Assembly: GCA_028820505.1 (NCBI GenBank)
Contig: JAPPIT010000117.1
Coordinates: 6,777-70,776, forward strand
DNA from: Defluviicoccus sp.
Lineage (GTDB): Bacteria > Pseudomonadota > Alphaproteobacteria > MPNO01
Length of the DNA stretch: 64,000 nucleotides
Reading direction: 5' to 3'
The notes below the pieces were generated by a model. It saw nothing but the letters and a program-made list of their open reading frames with translations. It was not told the DNA's origin and made no database searches. Below, in pieces: positions 1 through 9,317 of the stretch. The stretch's first letter is position 1; each line of letters opens with the position of its first letter. Both the position numbers and the translations under genes were made by a program.

Positions 1-12
1 GGAGAAGAACGG

Positions 13-1029
13 ATGAGAGGCATCAAGTTTCTGACGGTCGCGGCCGCCGGCGCGGTCGCGATAGCGGGCGGCGCCCTGGCGCAGAGCCCGGCCGATTTCT
101 ACAAGGACCGCCAGGTCACCATCCTGCACGGGTTCGGCGTCGGCGGGACCTACGGCAAGACCTCGCTCTCGCTGGCCGAGGCGCTCAAGCCGATCCTCGG
201 GACGGACTCCATCATCGTCCAGAACCGGACCGGCAGCGGCGGTCTGAAGATGACCAACTACGCCTACAACGTCGCGCCCAAGGACGGCTCGGTGCTCCTG
301 ATGCTGCCCGACACGCTGGTGGTCACGCAGCTGACGCGCCCCGAGGCGGCGAAGTACGAGGCCGACAAGTTCACCTTTCTCGGCGGGGCCCTCAAGGTCA
401 ATTCCGTGCTGGTCGTGCGCGGCGACACCGGCGTGAAGAAATGGTCCGACCTCAGGAACAAGGAAGTGCCCATGGCCTCCTCCGGGGTCGGTTCGCAGAC
501 CTACCAGGTCCCGGCGATCGTCAACGGCCTGCTCGGGACCAAGATGAAGATCGTCAAGGGCTATCGCGGCTCGCGCAAGATGCTGCTGGCGATGGAGCAG
601 GGCGAGGTCGCGGGCATCAACCTGACCTGGCTCGCCTTCAAGACGAACCGCGAGGCCTGGTTCAAGAACGGTTTCGCGGTGCCGCTGATCCAGATGGGGC
701 CGAAGCCGGAAGCCGAGCTCGCCAAGGTGCCGATGCTGACGAATCTCGTCGCCGCCGGGGACCGGCCGATCATCGGCTTCATGTCGACCCTGGTCGCCAT
801 CGGCCGCAGCCTGGCCGTCGCGCCGGGCGTCCCGCAGGACAGGATCGCGTTCCTGCGCGGCGCCTTCGCCAAGGCCGTCGCCACGCCGGCGTTCGCGGCC
901 TCGATGAAGAAGAGCAAGCTCAGGGTCACCCCGAGCACGGGCGACGAGATCCAGAAGGTGGTGAGCGACAGCCTCAAGATCGACGACGCGACGCTCGCCA
1001 AGGCGCGCAAGCTGCTCGCCGCCAAGTAG
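13..1029 (+). CDS. Bug/TctC-family tripartite tricarboxylate transporter substrate-binding protein
   Basis: Signal peptide, GxGGTY motif, NRTGSGG, APKDG, GYRGS and AMEQGEV motifs typical of Bug/TctC; GGAGA RBS at 1-5. Confidence 0.85.
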   Translation: MRGIKFLTVAAAGAVAIAGGALAQSPADFYKDRQVTILHGFGVGGTYGKTSLSLAEALKPILGTDSIIVQNRTGSGGLKMTNYAYNVAPKDGSVLLMLPDTLVVTQLTRPEAAKYEADKFTFLGGALKVNSVLVVRGDTGVKKWSDLRNKEVPMASSGVGSQTYQVPAIVNGLLGTKMKIVKGYRGSRKMLLAMEQGEVAGINLTWLAFKTNREAWFKNGFAVPLIQMGPKPEAELAKVPMLTNLVAAGDRPIIGFMSTLVAIGRSLAVAPGVPQDRIAFLRGAFAKAVATPAFAASMKKSKLRVTPSTGDEIQKVVSDSLKIDDATLAKARKLLAAK

Positions 1030-1056
1030 CAACGCAGCAGCGGCTTCACGAGACGG

Positions 1057-1091
1057 ACGCCCCGGCCGCTCTGGGCCGGGGCGTTTCGTTT
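1057..1091 (+). terminator. Probable intrinsic terminator
   Basis: 11-bp stem ACGCCCCGGCC/GGCCGGGGCGT with a 6-nt loop, followed by TTCGTTT, 28 nt after the stop codon. Confidence 0.7.
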
Positions 1092-1175
1092 GCGCCCCCG
1101 GGCCCTATAGCTCCCCCAGGAAAATACGATGAGCCGGGCTCTTTCCACCGCCCCGCGGCGCCCCATATTTTACGC

Positions 1176-1568
1176 ATGCAACGCGAACTCACACTGACGA
1201 ACGGACCGCTGGGCATGGACCGCGACCCCGCCGTCAACCGGCAAAAGCTCGAGGCGGACGAGGCGGTCGTCCGCGGCGGGTTCCGCCGCAAGGTGCGCGC
1301 CACGATCGGCCGGGTGCCTTTCGTCGAAGACGCGGTTGCGGCGTTTTACTGCGCGGTGGACGGCGGCACGCCGCTTTACGTCAAGGCGGTGCTGATGGGC
1401 GCGATCGCGTATTTCGTCACGCCCACCGACGTCATCCCCGATTTCATCGCCGCGATGGGCTACACCGACGACGCGGCGGTGCTGATGGCGGCGCTCAGGG
1501 CGGTGGGAGCCAATCTGAAGCCCCACCACCGCGAGCGCGCCCGCCGGTTCCTCGCGGAATTGAAATAG
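1176..1568 (+). CDS. YkvA/DUF1232 family membrane protein
   Basis: C-terminal part of ORF 441..1568 with AIAYFVTPTDVIPDFIAAMGYTDDAAVL, the DUF1232 signature. Start is ATG 1176 or 1215. Confidence 0.85.
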   Translation: MQRELTLTNGPLGMDRDPAVNRQKLEADEAVVRGGFRRKVRATIGRVPFVEDAVAAFYCAVDGGTPLYVKAVLMGAIAYFVTPTDVIPDFIAAMGYTDDAAVLMAALRAVGANLKPHHRERARRFLAELK

Positions 1569-1591
1569 CGCCCCTCACGCCGTCCCCCCAC

Positions 1592-1974
1592 CGTCATGCC
1601 CGGACTTGTTCCGCTGCCGCCCGGTTCGGCGTTCGGCGGGCTCTGCGCCGACAGGCGGGACCGTCTCCGCCCCTGCTGTCACCCCGGACTTGTTCCGGGG
1701 TCCAGGGCCACATGCACCGCTCTGGCCCGGTTTCCCTGGACCCCGGAACAAGTCCGGGGTGACAGCAGGGGACACGGACGGGCGGTGCAAGCATCCCACA
1801 ATCCGAGCCTCGACCGGACCGGTGCGCCGGAAATCCGCCCGCACCCCTCGTCATTTCGACCGGAGCGCGAAGCGCGGAGCGGAGAAATCTTTCCGCACAG
1901 ACGGTTCGGCGCCGAAGCGGGCAGATTTCTCCGCTCCGCCGCCCCTTCGGGCCGGCTCCGGTCGAAATGACGAG
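1592..1974. repeat. REP-like cluster A: end module (1592-1650), TGTC-type inverted doublet (1670-1771), CGTCATTTCGAC-type doublet (1847-1974)
   Basis: Inverted pairs CTGTCACCCCGGACTTGTTCCGGGGTCCAG / CTGGACCCCGGAACAAGTCCGGGGTGACAG and CGTCATTTCGACCGGAGC / GCTCCGGTCGAAATGACG read directly from the sequence. Confidence 0.9.
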
Positions 1975-2061
1975 AGGGCGGAGTCCGGGCTGACGGTGGG
2001 GACCGCGCCTCCGCCCCGGGGCGTTCTGGACAGGCTCGCGCGCCCTATTCATCATCGGCCG

Positions 2062-4104
2062 ATGCCGTCCTCCCCGCTCTCGCGCCTGTTCGACCCACGC
2101 GCCATCGCCGTGGTCGGCGCGTCGGCGAACGAGGAAAAGCCGGGCTTCCAGATCCTGAGGGCGCTTGAGCCCTTCCACGGCGCGGTTTACCCGGTCAACC
2201 CGCGCGGCGGCGCCATCCTCGGCCGTCCGGTCCATCGGAGCCTCGGCGAGGTGCCCGGACCCGTCGACCTCGTCGCGCTGGTGCTGCCGGCGCGGCATTC
2301 GCTGGCGGTGCTGGAGGATGCCGCTTCGGTCGGCGCCGGCGCCGCGTTCATGGTGAGCGGCGGTTTCGGGGAGACCGGCGATGCCGGGGCCGCGCTGGAA
2401 ACGGATATCGCGGGCGCCTGCCTGGCCGGCGGGATCCGGCTTCTGGGACCCAACACCTCGGGATTCCTGCGCCCCTCGCGCGGGCTCGCCTGCACCTTTC
2501 TCCCCGCGGCGGCGGCGCTCCGGCCCGGCCCCATCGGGATCGTCGCGCAGTCGGGCGGGATCAACCTCACGCTGGCGATGATGGCCAACGCGCAGGGGCT
2601 GGGCGTCAGCCTCGCGGTCGGGCTCGGCAACGCGGCCGATCTGGGCGTCGCGGAGACGCTGAACTACCTCGCCGCGGACCCGGAGACGCGGGCCATCGTC
2701 CTGCACCTCGAAGGGGTGGCGGACGGCAGGGCCGTGTTCGACGCCGTCAGGGCCGCGGTTCCGGTCAAGCCGGTGGTCGCGCTCCCGGTCGGCAGAGCGG
2801 ACCTCGCGGGTTTCGCGGAGTCGCACACCGGCGCGCTGATGGGAAACCACCGCCTGACATGCGCGGCGCTCCGCCAGGCGGGCGCGGCGGTGGTGGAGAC
2901 GCTCGACGACGCGCTCGACGCGGCCTACGCGCTCTCGGTGACGCGGCTGAACCCGGCGCGCGACCCGGGGATCGGCGTGCTGACCGGGCAGGCCGGGCCG
3001 GGGCTGCTGATGACGGATACGCTCCGGCAGGCGGGCGTCTCCGTGCCGGAGCTCGCGCCCGCGACGGTGGCGCGGATCGCGGGCCTGCTCCCGCCCTTGA
3101 CCTACATGAAGAATCCGGTCGACACCGGGCGGCCGGACGCGGGCTTCGGCGCCGTCATGGAGGCGCTCGCGGCGGACGGGGGGATCGACGCCGTCCTCGC
3201 CTATGCGCTGATCGAGGGCGGCGCGCTCGACGTCGGCGGTGCCGCGGTCGAAGCGGCGGGCAAGACGTCGAAACCGGCGGTCTTCGCCACCGCGGGCGTG
3301 CCGTCCGAGACCGCGGGGCTAGTCGATGCGCTCCGCCGCGCCGGCATTCCGGTCTTCCTCGCCCCCGACCGTGCCGCGCGGGCGATGGCGGCGATGGTTG
3401 CGGACGCGCGCCACCGGGCAGCGGAGCCGGACGGTCGGGAATCCGCGCCCCCCGGGACCGCGCCGCCCCTGACGCGCGCGGTCGACGAGGACGCGGCGAA
3501 GACGCTGGTATCGGCCTATGGGATCCCGACGCCGAAACGGGCGGTCTGCCGAAGCCGCGCCGAGGCCGAGGCGGCGCGCGCGGCGATCGCGGGTCCGGTC
3601 GTGGCCAAGGTCCTGGACCCCGGAATCCTCCACAAATCGGACGTGGGCGGCGTGCATGTCGGGATCGAGACCGCCGCCGCGCTGGAGGAGGCGCTCGACG
3701 CTATCGAGCGGATATCGAACGCCGGCTACCTGATCGAGGCGATGGCGCCCGACGGGCTCGACCTCATCCTCGGCGCGCGGAACGACCCGAGCTTCGGCCC
3801 GACCGTGCTTCTGGGCCTCGGCGGCACCGCGGCGGAGGCCGTCGACGACGTTGCCGTGGCCCTGGCGCCGCTCGGCGCGGGCGAGGTGGACGCGATGATC
3901 GACTCGCTCGCCGGCAGCGCGCTCTTCGGCCCCTGGCGCGGCGCCCCCGCCCCCGACCGCGCCGCCATCCGCGAGGCGGTGCTGGGCCTCGCCCGGCTGA
4001 TCGCCGAACATCCCGAGATCGCGGAGATCGACCTCAACCCGGTAAGGGCCTACGCCGAGGGCGCGATGGCCCTCGACGCGCTGATCGTTCTCCGGCGCGC
4101 GTAG
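2062..4104 (+). CDS. Acetate--CoA ligase family (ADP-forming acyl-CoA synthetase), fused alpha-beta
   Basis: PRAIAVVGAS CoA-binding N-terminus, GPN, QSGG, phospho-His motif SHTGAL, ATP-grasp HKSDVGGV, DPSFGP and EIDLNPV. Confidence 0.9.
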   Translation: MPSSPLSRLFDPRAIAVVGASANEEKPGFQILRALEPFHGAVYPVNPRGGAILGRPVHRSLGEVPGPVDLVALVLPARHSLAVLEDAASVGAGAAFMVSGGFGETGDAGAALETDIAGACLAGGIRLLGPNTSGFLRPSRGLACTFLPAAAALRPGPIGIVAQSGGINLTLAMMANAQGLGVSLAVGLGNAADLGVAETLNYLAADPETRAIVLHLEGVADGRAVFDAVRAAVPVKPVVALPVGRADLAGFAESHTGALMGNHRLTCAALRQAGAAVVETLDDALDAAYALSVTRLNPARDPGIGVLTGQAGPGLLMTDTLRQAGVSVPELAPATVARIAGLLPPLTYMKNPVDTGRPDAGFGAVMEALAADGGIDAVLAYALIEGGALDVGGAAVEAAGKTSKPAVFATAGVPSETAGLVDALRRAGIPVFLAPDRAARAMAAMVADARHRAAEPDGRESAPPGTAPPLTRAVDEDAAKTLVSAYGIPTPKRAVCRSRAEAEAARAAIAGPVVAKVLDPGILHKSDVGGVHVGIETAAALEEALDAIERISNAGYLIEAMAPDGLDLILGARNDPSFGPTVLLGLGGTAAEAVDDVAVALAPLGAGEVDAMIDSLAGSALFGPWRGAPAPDRAAIREAVLGLARLIAEHPEIAEIDLNPVRAYAEGAMALDALIVLRRA

Positions 4105-4190
4105 GCGGCGCGGAGAGAGCATGGTCTTGTGCAGCGATGACTCCGGGTTCGCCGGATCGAGATACTGCATTGCGGCAATGCTCGATCCGG

Positions 4191-4209
4191 CGTACCGTTA
4201 TTCGTTACG
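4191..4209. promoter_or_regulatory. Putative HigA operator (imperfect palindrome)
   Basis: CGTACCG-N5-CGTTACG dyad ending 8 nt before the higB GTG; TA operons autoregulate through such sites. Confidence 0.45.
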
Positions 4210-4216
4210 TTGAACC

Positions 4217-4498
4217 GTGATCGGGAGCTTTGCCGACAAGCGCACCGCCGCGATCTTCGTCGGCCGCGCCGTTCGCGGTCTGCCAGCGTCGATCCAGCAG
4301 CGCGCCCGGACGAAGCTCCTGATGATCGACGCGGCCGGCCGTCTGGACGATCTGCGGGCGCCGCCGGGCAACCGTCTGGAGGCATTGCGGGGTGATCGCC
4401 GGGGGCAGCACAGCATCCGCGTCAACGACCGATGGCGGATATGTTTCGTCTGGCGCGGCGGGTCGGCCTGGGACGTCGAGGCGGTCGACTACCATTGA
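4217..4498 (+). CDS. higB: HigB-family (RelE/ParE superfamily) toxin
   Basis: MIGSFADK..DLRAPPGNRLEALRGDRRGQHSIRVNDRWRICF..EAVDYH, classic plasmid-maintenance killer sequence; toxin-first gene order. Confidence 0.93.
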   Translation: MIGSFADKRTAAIFVGRAVRGLPASIQQRARTKLLMIDAAGRLDDLRAPPGNRLEALRGDRRGQHSIRVNDRWRICFVWRGGSAWDVEAVDYH

Positions 4499-4511
4499 GA
4501 GGGGGAGCGTC

Positions 4512-4865
4512 ATGACCATCGAACGCGAGGAGCTGGACAGGCGGCGGGTGGATTTCTCGGATGTCGCGTCGGAACGGCGGCTGGCGCCGGTACACCCCGG
4601 CGAGATCCTGCGCGAGGAGTTCCTGACGCCCATGGCGCTCAGCGTCTATCGGCTTGCCGGGGCGATCGGGGTCTCGCGGCCGCGGCTGAACGACATCGTG
4701 CTCGGCCGCCGGCGCGTGACGGTGGACACCGCGCTTCGCCTGGGACGCTATTTCGGAACGACGCCGGAGTTCTGGATCAACCTTCAGACCCGCTACGACC
4801 TCGACGTCGCCGAACGCACGGTTCGTCCCGGGATCGAACGGGAAATCGAGCCCCACGCCGCATGA
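4512..4865 (+). CDS. higA: HigA-family antitoxin (HTH)
   Basis: PVHPGEILREEFL..TALRLGRYFGTTPEFWINLQTRYDL; GGGGGAG RBS. Confidence 0.93.
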   Translation: MTIEREELDRRRVDFSDVASERRLAPVHPGEILREEFLTPMALSVYRLAGAIGVSRPRLNDIVLGRRRVTVDTALRLGRYFGTTPEFWINLQTRYDLDVAERTVRPGIEREIEPHAA

Positions 4866-5011
4866 CGATGCGGCCGCCGCCGGGGCCCGGGACGCCGTAA
4901 CACACGGAAGCCTCAGGACACGAACCGGCGCAAAGGTGGGGGATTATAAGGACTACTCGATGCGCGGGCTCGGGACGCGGATTTCGGCGCGCCGGCGTCT
5001 GCCCTTTTTGT

Positions 5012-5296
5012 CCCCCTGTTGTCACCCCGGCCTTGAGCCGGGGTCCAGGGATACAGGCACCGCCGTCGCCCGGCTTCCCCCGGATCGGGGTCCGGGACGA
5101 GCCTGGACCCCGGCTCAAGGCCGGGGTGACAACAGGGGGCGGAGACAATGTCGGGCGGGGCGGGCACTCCTCTCCCTCCCAGTCGTCATGCCCGGACTTG
5201 TTCCGGGCATCCACGCCCCTCCGCCATCTCGCCTGTGCCCGGCCCGCACAGCGATGCCGCAAGACGTGGATGCCCGGAACAAGTCCGGGCATGACG
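5012..5296. repeat. REP-like cluster B: TGTC doublet (5012-5139) and CGTC doublet (5184-5296)
   Basis: TGTCACCCCGGCCTTGAGCCGGGGTCCAG and CGTCATGCCCGGACTTGTTCCGGGCATCCAC, each paired with its exact inverted copy. Confidence 0.92.
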
Positions 5297-5417
5297 GTGG
5301 GGGTGTCGTCGGCCTCCCGCTCGTCAACCAGTCTTTGTAAGCGCCCAAAGGTGGCCCGTACCCGCGAAACCGGGTATCTTTCGAACAAATCGCGATTCAC
5401 GCGAGCGGAGACGCGGA

Positions 5418-7604
5418 ATGGAACGGAGCTTCGCCAAGGAAGTCGAGCTTCTGCGCCGGGGGGACGGTGAGTATTTCGAGGGCGAGGGCATCCTCGCGAT
5501 CACCAAGGCGCTGCTGCAATCGGGCGTGAGCTATGTCGGCGGCTACCAGGGCGCGCCGGTCTCGCACCTGATGGACGTGCTGACCTCGGACTCGAAGGGG
5601 CTGATGGCCGAGCTCGGCGTCCATACCGAGGTCTGCGCCAACGAGGCCGCGGCGGCGGCGATGCTGGCGGCCTCGATCAACTACCCGATCCGGGGCGCGG
5701 TCACCTGGAAATCGACGGTCGGCACCAACGTCGCGGCGGATGCGCTGTCCAACGTCGCCTCGGCGGGCGTGGTCGGCGGCGCGCTGATCGTCCTCGGCGA
5801 GGATTACGGCGAGGGCGCCAGCATCATCCAGGAGCGCACCCATGCGTTCGCGATGAAGTGCTCGGCCTGGCTGATGGACCCCCGCCCCCACCACCCGCGC
5901 ATGGTGGAGATGATCGAGAAGGGGTTCGAGCTGTCGGAAGCCTCGCACACCCCGGTCATGGTGGAGTTCCGCATCCGCGCCTGCCACGTCACCGGCCGCT
6001 TCGCGACCAAGGACAACAAGCCCGGCAAGTTCTCGACCAACGACAAGCTGGAGAAGCCGGTCTTCGATCTCGGGCGCATCGCGCTGCCGCCCGCGACCTA
6101 CGAGCAGGAGAAGAAGAAGGTCGAGGAGCGCTTCCCCGCCGCCATCGACTTCATCCGCGAGAACAGGCTGAACGAGGTCTTCCCCGGCAAGTACGACGAT
6201 GTCGGCATCATCTGCCTCGGCGGGCTCTACAACTCGGTGATCCGCGGGCTCCAGCAGCTCGGCCTCGCCGACGTGTTCGGCAATTCCGAGATCCCGATCC
6301 TCTGCCTCAACGTCACCTACCCGCTGGTCGACGACGAGATCGCCGAGTTCTGCGCGACCAAGCGGTCGGTCCTGATCGTCGAGGAAGGCTTCCCGGACTA
6401 CCACGAGCAGGCGATCAACGCGCTGCTGCGCAAGGCCGACCTCAATACCGAAATCGTCGGCAAGGGGGTGTTTCCCAAGGCCGGCGAGTACCAGGCCGAA
6501 GTCATGCTGCGCGGGCTCGCCGGCTTCATCGAGGGTTCGGTGCCGAAGGGCATCGACCTGCAGCCGGTCTCGGCGGCCGTCGCCGACCTCGACCGGACCA
6601 AGGAGACCGCGGCCGAGATGCTGGGCAAGCCGGTCCCCAAACGGCCGCCGGGGTTCTGCACCGGCTGTCCCGAACGCCCGGTGTTCAGCGCGATCAAGCT
6701 GGTCCAGCGCGAGGAAGACATCGGCGAGGTTCATATCTCGGCCGATATCGGCTGCCACACCTTCGCCGCGCTGCCGCCCTTCGGGCTCGGCAACACGGTG
6801 ACCGGCTACGGTCTCGGGCTCGCGAGCTCCGCCGGCGTCGCGCCGCACTTCCAGGGGCGCACGATCTCGATCATGGGCGATGGCGGGTTCTGGCATAACG
6901 GGCTGTCGTCCGGGATCAGCGGGGCGGCCTTCAACGACCACGATTCGGTGCTGGTCGTCATGGCGAACGGCTATTCGTCGGCCACCGGCCAGCAGCGTCT
7001 GCCGTCGACCACCGCGGGCGGCACCGTGCCGTCCGACACGGTCATGCCGATCGAGCGCGCCATCAAGGGGCTCGGCGTCAAGTGGGTGAGGAAGCAGTAC
7101 ACCTACCGGGTCGGCAAGATGAAGAAGCTCCTGCATGAGGCGCTGACCACGCCGGAGAAGGGGCTCAAGGTGATCATCGCCGAGGCCGAGTGCCAGATCG
7201 CCAAGCAGCGCCGGCTGCGCCCGGCGGTGCGCAAGGCGCTCGACGCCGGCAACAGGGTCGTCCGCACGCGGTTCGGCGTCGACGAGGACACCTGCACGGG
7301 CGATCACTCCTGCATCCGGCTCTCGGGCTGCCCCTCGCTCACCGTCAAGCCCAACCCGGACCCGCTCCGCAAGGACCCGGTCGCGCACGTCAACAACGGC
7401 TGCGTCGGCTGCGGGCTGTGCGGCGAGGTCGCCGACGCGGCGGTGCTGTGCCCGTCCTTCTACAAGGCGGACGTGATCCAGAACCCGAAGGGCGTCGACC
7501 TCTTCCTCGACAAGTGGCGCAAGAACGTGATCGGCCGCCTCGGCGGATACGCGAACGGGGCCGCCGCCAACGGCGCGGCGAAGGGCAACGGAGCCGCCGC
7601 ATGA
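5418..7604 (+). CDS. iorA: Indolepyruvate:ferredoxin oxidoreductase subunit alpha
   Basis: GGYQGAP, ANEAAA, RPPGFCTGCPER, DIGCH, TPP motif GDGG..N, and a C-terminal ferredoxin (CxGxxxC..CP; CVGCGLC). Confidence 0.9.
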   Translation: MERSFAKEVELLRRGDGEYFEGEGILAITKALLQSGVSYVGGYQGAPVSHLMDVLTSDSKGLMAELGVHTEVCANEAAAAAMLAASINYPIRGAVTWKSTVGTNVAADALSNVASAGVVGGALIVLGEDYGEGASIIQERTHAFAMKCSAWLMDPRPHHPRMVEMIEKGFELSEASHTPVMVEFRIRACHVTGRFATKDNKPGKFSTNDKLEKPVFDLGRIALPPATYEQEKKKVEERFPAAIDFIRENRLNEVFPGKYDDVGIICLGGLYNSVIRGLQQLGLADVFGNSEIPILCLNVTYPLVDDEIAEFCATKRSVLIVEEGFPDYHEQAINALLRKADLNTEIVGKGVFPKAGEYQAEVMLRGLAGFIEGSVPKGIDLQPVSAAVADLDRTKETAAEMLGKPVPKRPPGFCTGCPERPVFSAIKLVQREEDIGEVHISADIGCHTFAALPPFGLGNTVTGYGLGLASSAGVAPHFQGRTISIMGDGGFWHNGLSSGISGAAFNDHDSVLVVMANGYSSATGQQRLPSTTAGGTVPSDTVMPIERAIKGLGVKWVRKQYTYRVGKMKKLLHEALTTPEKGLKVIIAEAECQIAKQRRLRPAVRKALDAGNRVVRTRFGVDEDTCTGDHSCIRLSGCPSLTVKPNPDPLRKDPVAHVNNGCVGCGLCGEVADAAVLCPSFYKADVIQNPKGVDLFLDKWRKNVIGRLGGYANGAAANGAAKGNGAAA

Positions 7605-9190
7605 GCGCGGAGACCGACGGCGCCGCCAACGGCGCGGACGCGCTGCCGGAGCGCACCTTCACCATGGTCGTCGGCGCGCTGGGCGGCGAGGGCGGCGGCG
7701 TGCTGACGAGCTGGATCGTCGCCGCCGCGGAGTCGCTCGGCTTTCCGTGCCAGAGCACCTCGATCCCGGGCGTCGCGCAGAGAACCGGCGCCACCACCTA
7801 CTACATCGAGATCTACCCCGCCCATCACGACCGCCTCGCCGGACGGTCGCCGACGATGGCGCTCTACGCCACGCCGGGGAACATGGACGTCGTGGTGACC
7901 TCGGAACTGATGGAGGCCGGGCGCGCGCTGGAGCTCGGCTGGGTGACGCCCGACCGGACCACGCTGATCTCCTCGTCCCACCGCGTCTATTCCATTCTCG
8001 AGAAATCGGCGATGGGCGACGGCCGGTTCGAGGCCTCGGACCTGATCGAGACGGCCAACCATCTCGCCAAGCGCGCGATCCTGATCGACATGGACCGCCT
8101 GGCGCAGGCCAACGGGACGGTGATCAACGCCGTCATCCTCGGCGTGATCGCGGGCTCCGGCGAGGTCCCGATCCCGGCCGAGGCGTTCGAGAAGGCGATC
8201 GAGACGACCGGCGTCGCCGTCTCGGGCAATCTGCGCGGCTTCAAGGCCGGGTACGGTTACGTCCGCGGCGACATTCCGATGCCGGAGGCGCCGCCGGCGG
8301 TGGAGCGCCGCGCCCCCGGGAACGTCGACGCCCTGCTGGCGCGGGTCGAAGCGGGCTTCCCGCCCGAGACCCGCCAGGTCCTGCAGGACGGCGTCCGCCG
8401 GACGGTCGATTACCAGAACCTCGCCTATGGCGGGCGCTACCTCGACAACGCCGGGAAGATCCTCGCCGCCGACAAGGCGAACGGCGGCGCGGAACGGGGT
8501 TTCAGGCTGACGATCGAGGGCGGGCGCCATCTCGCGCTCTGGATGAGCTACGAGGACATCATCCGCGTCGCCGCGCTGAAGAGCCGCCCCGAGCGCATGG
8601 AGCGCGTCCGCCGCGAGGTCGGCGCGAAGGAGAGCGAGCCGGTCGTCGTCACCGAGTTCCTGAAACCCGGCTTCGACGAGATCGCCTCGGTGCTGCCGCC
8701 CGCGCTCGGCCGCGCGCTGACGCGGTGGAAGGAGAGGAAGCCGGGCCGGCAGAAATTCCACGTCGCGATGCGGGTCAAGACCAACACGGTCTTCGGCTAT
8801 GTCCGGCTGTGGGGGCTCGCCAGGCTCCGCTTCTGGCGGCCCTACAGCTATCGCTTCGCCGAGGAGTGGTCGGAGATCGGGACCTGGCTCGAAGCGCTCG
8901 AAAGCGCGGCGGGCCGGAGCTACGACCTCGCGCTCGAGATCGCCGAGCTCCCCAATTTGCGCAAGGGCTATTCGGACACCCACCGGCGCGGCGTCGGCAA
9001 CTACCGCAAGGTGTTCGAGGAGCTCGCGCGCCCCGCCGCGATCGCCGCCGGCGACCCGGCCGGCGCGGTGGCTGCCCTCAACGCCGCGCGCACCGCCGCG
9101 CTGGCCGACCCGGAAGGCGACGCGCTCAGAACGGTGCTCGTCGCGCCGGCGGCCGAAGCGCCGGAGAGCCGGGCGCAGGCGGCGGAGTAG
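7601..9190 (+). CDS. iorB: Indolepyruvate oxidoreductase subunit beta family protein (extended C-terminus)
   Basis: ALGGEGGGVL and SIPGVAQRTGATTYY motifs; ATGA overlap with iorA. Confidence 0.88.
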   Translation: MSAETDGAANGADALPERTFTMVVGALGGEGGGVLTSWIVAAAESLGFPCQSTSIPGVAQRTGATTYYIEIYPAHHDRLAGRSPTMALYATPGNMDVVVTSELMEAGRALELGWVTPDRTTLISSSHRVYSILEKSAMGDGRFEASDLIETANHLAKRAILIDMDRLAQANGTVINAVILGVIAGSGEVPIPAEAFEKAIETTGVAVSGNLRGFKAGYGYVRGDIPMPEAPPAVERRAPGNVDALLARVEAGFPPETRQVLQDGVRRTVDYQNLAYGGRYLDNAGKILAADKANGGAERGFRLTIEGGRHLALWMSYEDIIRVAALKSRPERMERVRREVGAKESEPVVVTEFLKPGFDEIASVLPPALGRALTRWKERKPGRQKFHVAMRVKTNTVFGYVRLWGLARLRFWRPYSYRFAEEWSEIGTWLEALESAAGRSYDLALEIAELPNLRKGYSDTHRRGVGNYRKVFEELARPAAIAAGDPAGAVAALNAARTAALADPEGDALRTVLVAPAAEAPESRAQAAE

Positions 9191-9202
9191 AACTTCCCAG
9201 CT

Positions 9203-9299
9203 CGTCATGGTCGGCGGAGGCCGACCATCCACGAGTTTTTCTGTGTCGGCGGAACAACAAAAACAAAACGTGGATGGTCGGCCTCCGCCGACCATGACG
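9203..9299. repeat. CGTC-type REP doublet, distinct stem variant
   Basis: CGTCATGGTCGGCGGAGGCCGACCATCCACG ... CGTGGATGGTCGGCCTCCGCCGACCATGACG between convergent genes. Confidence 0.9.
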
Positions 9300-9317
9300 G
9301 TGGGGGCGCAAGTACCC

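Noticed and set aside
4777-5470. Small ORFs containing MPGLVPGIH / CHPGLEPGS peptides (also near 1600, 15500-16100, 56700 and 59000)
   Set aside because: Translations of the REP repeats, not genes.
7552-7640. NGAA-type short repeats at the iorA C-terminus and iorB N-terminus
   Set aside because: Low-complexity linker tails from short local duplications; no functional pattern.
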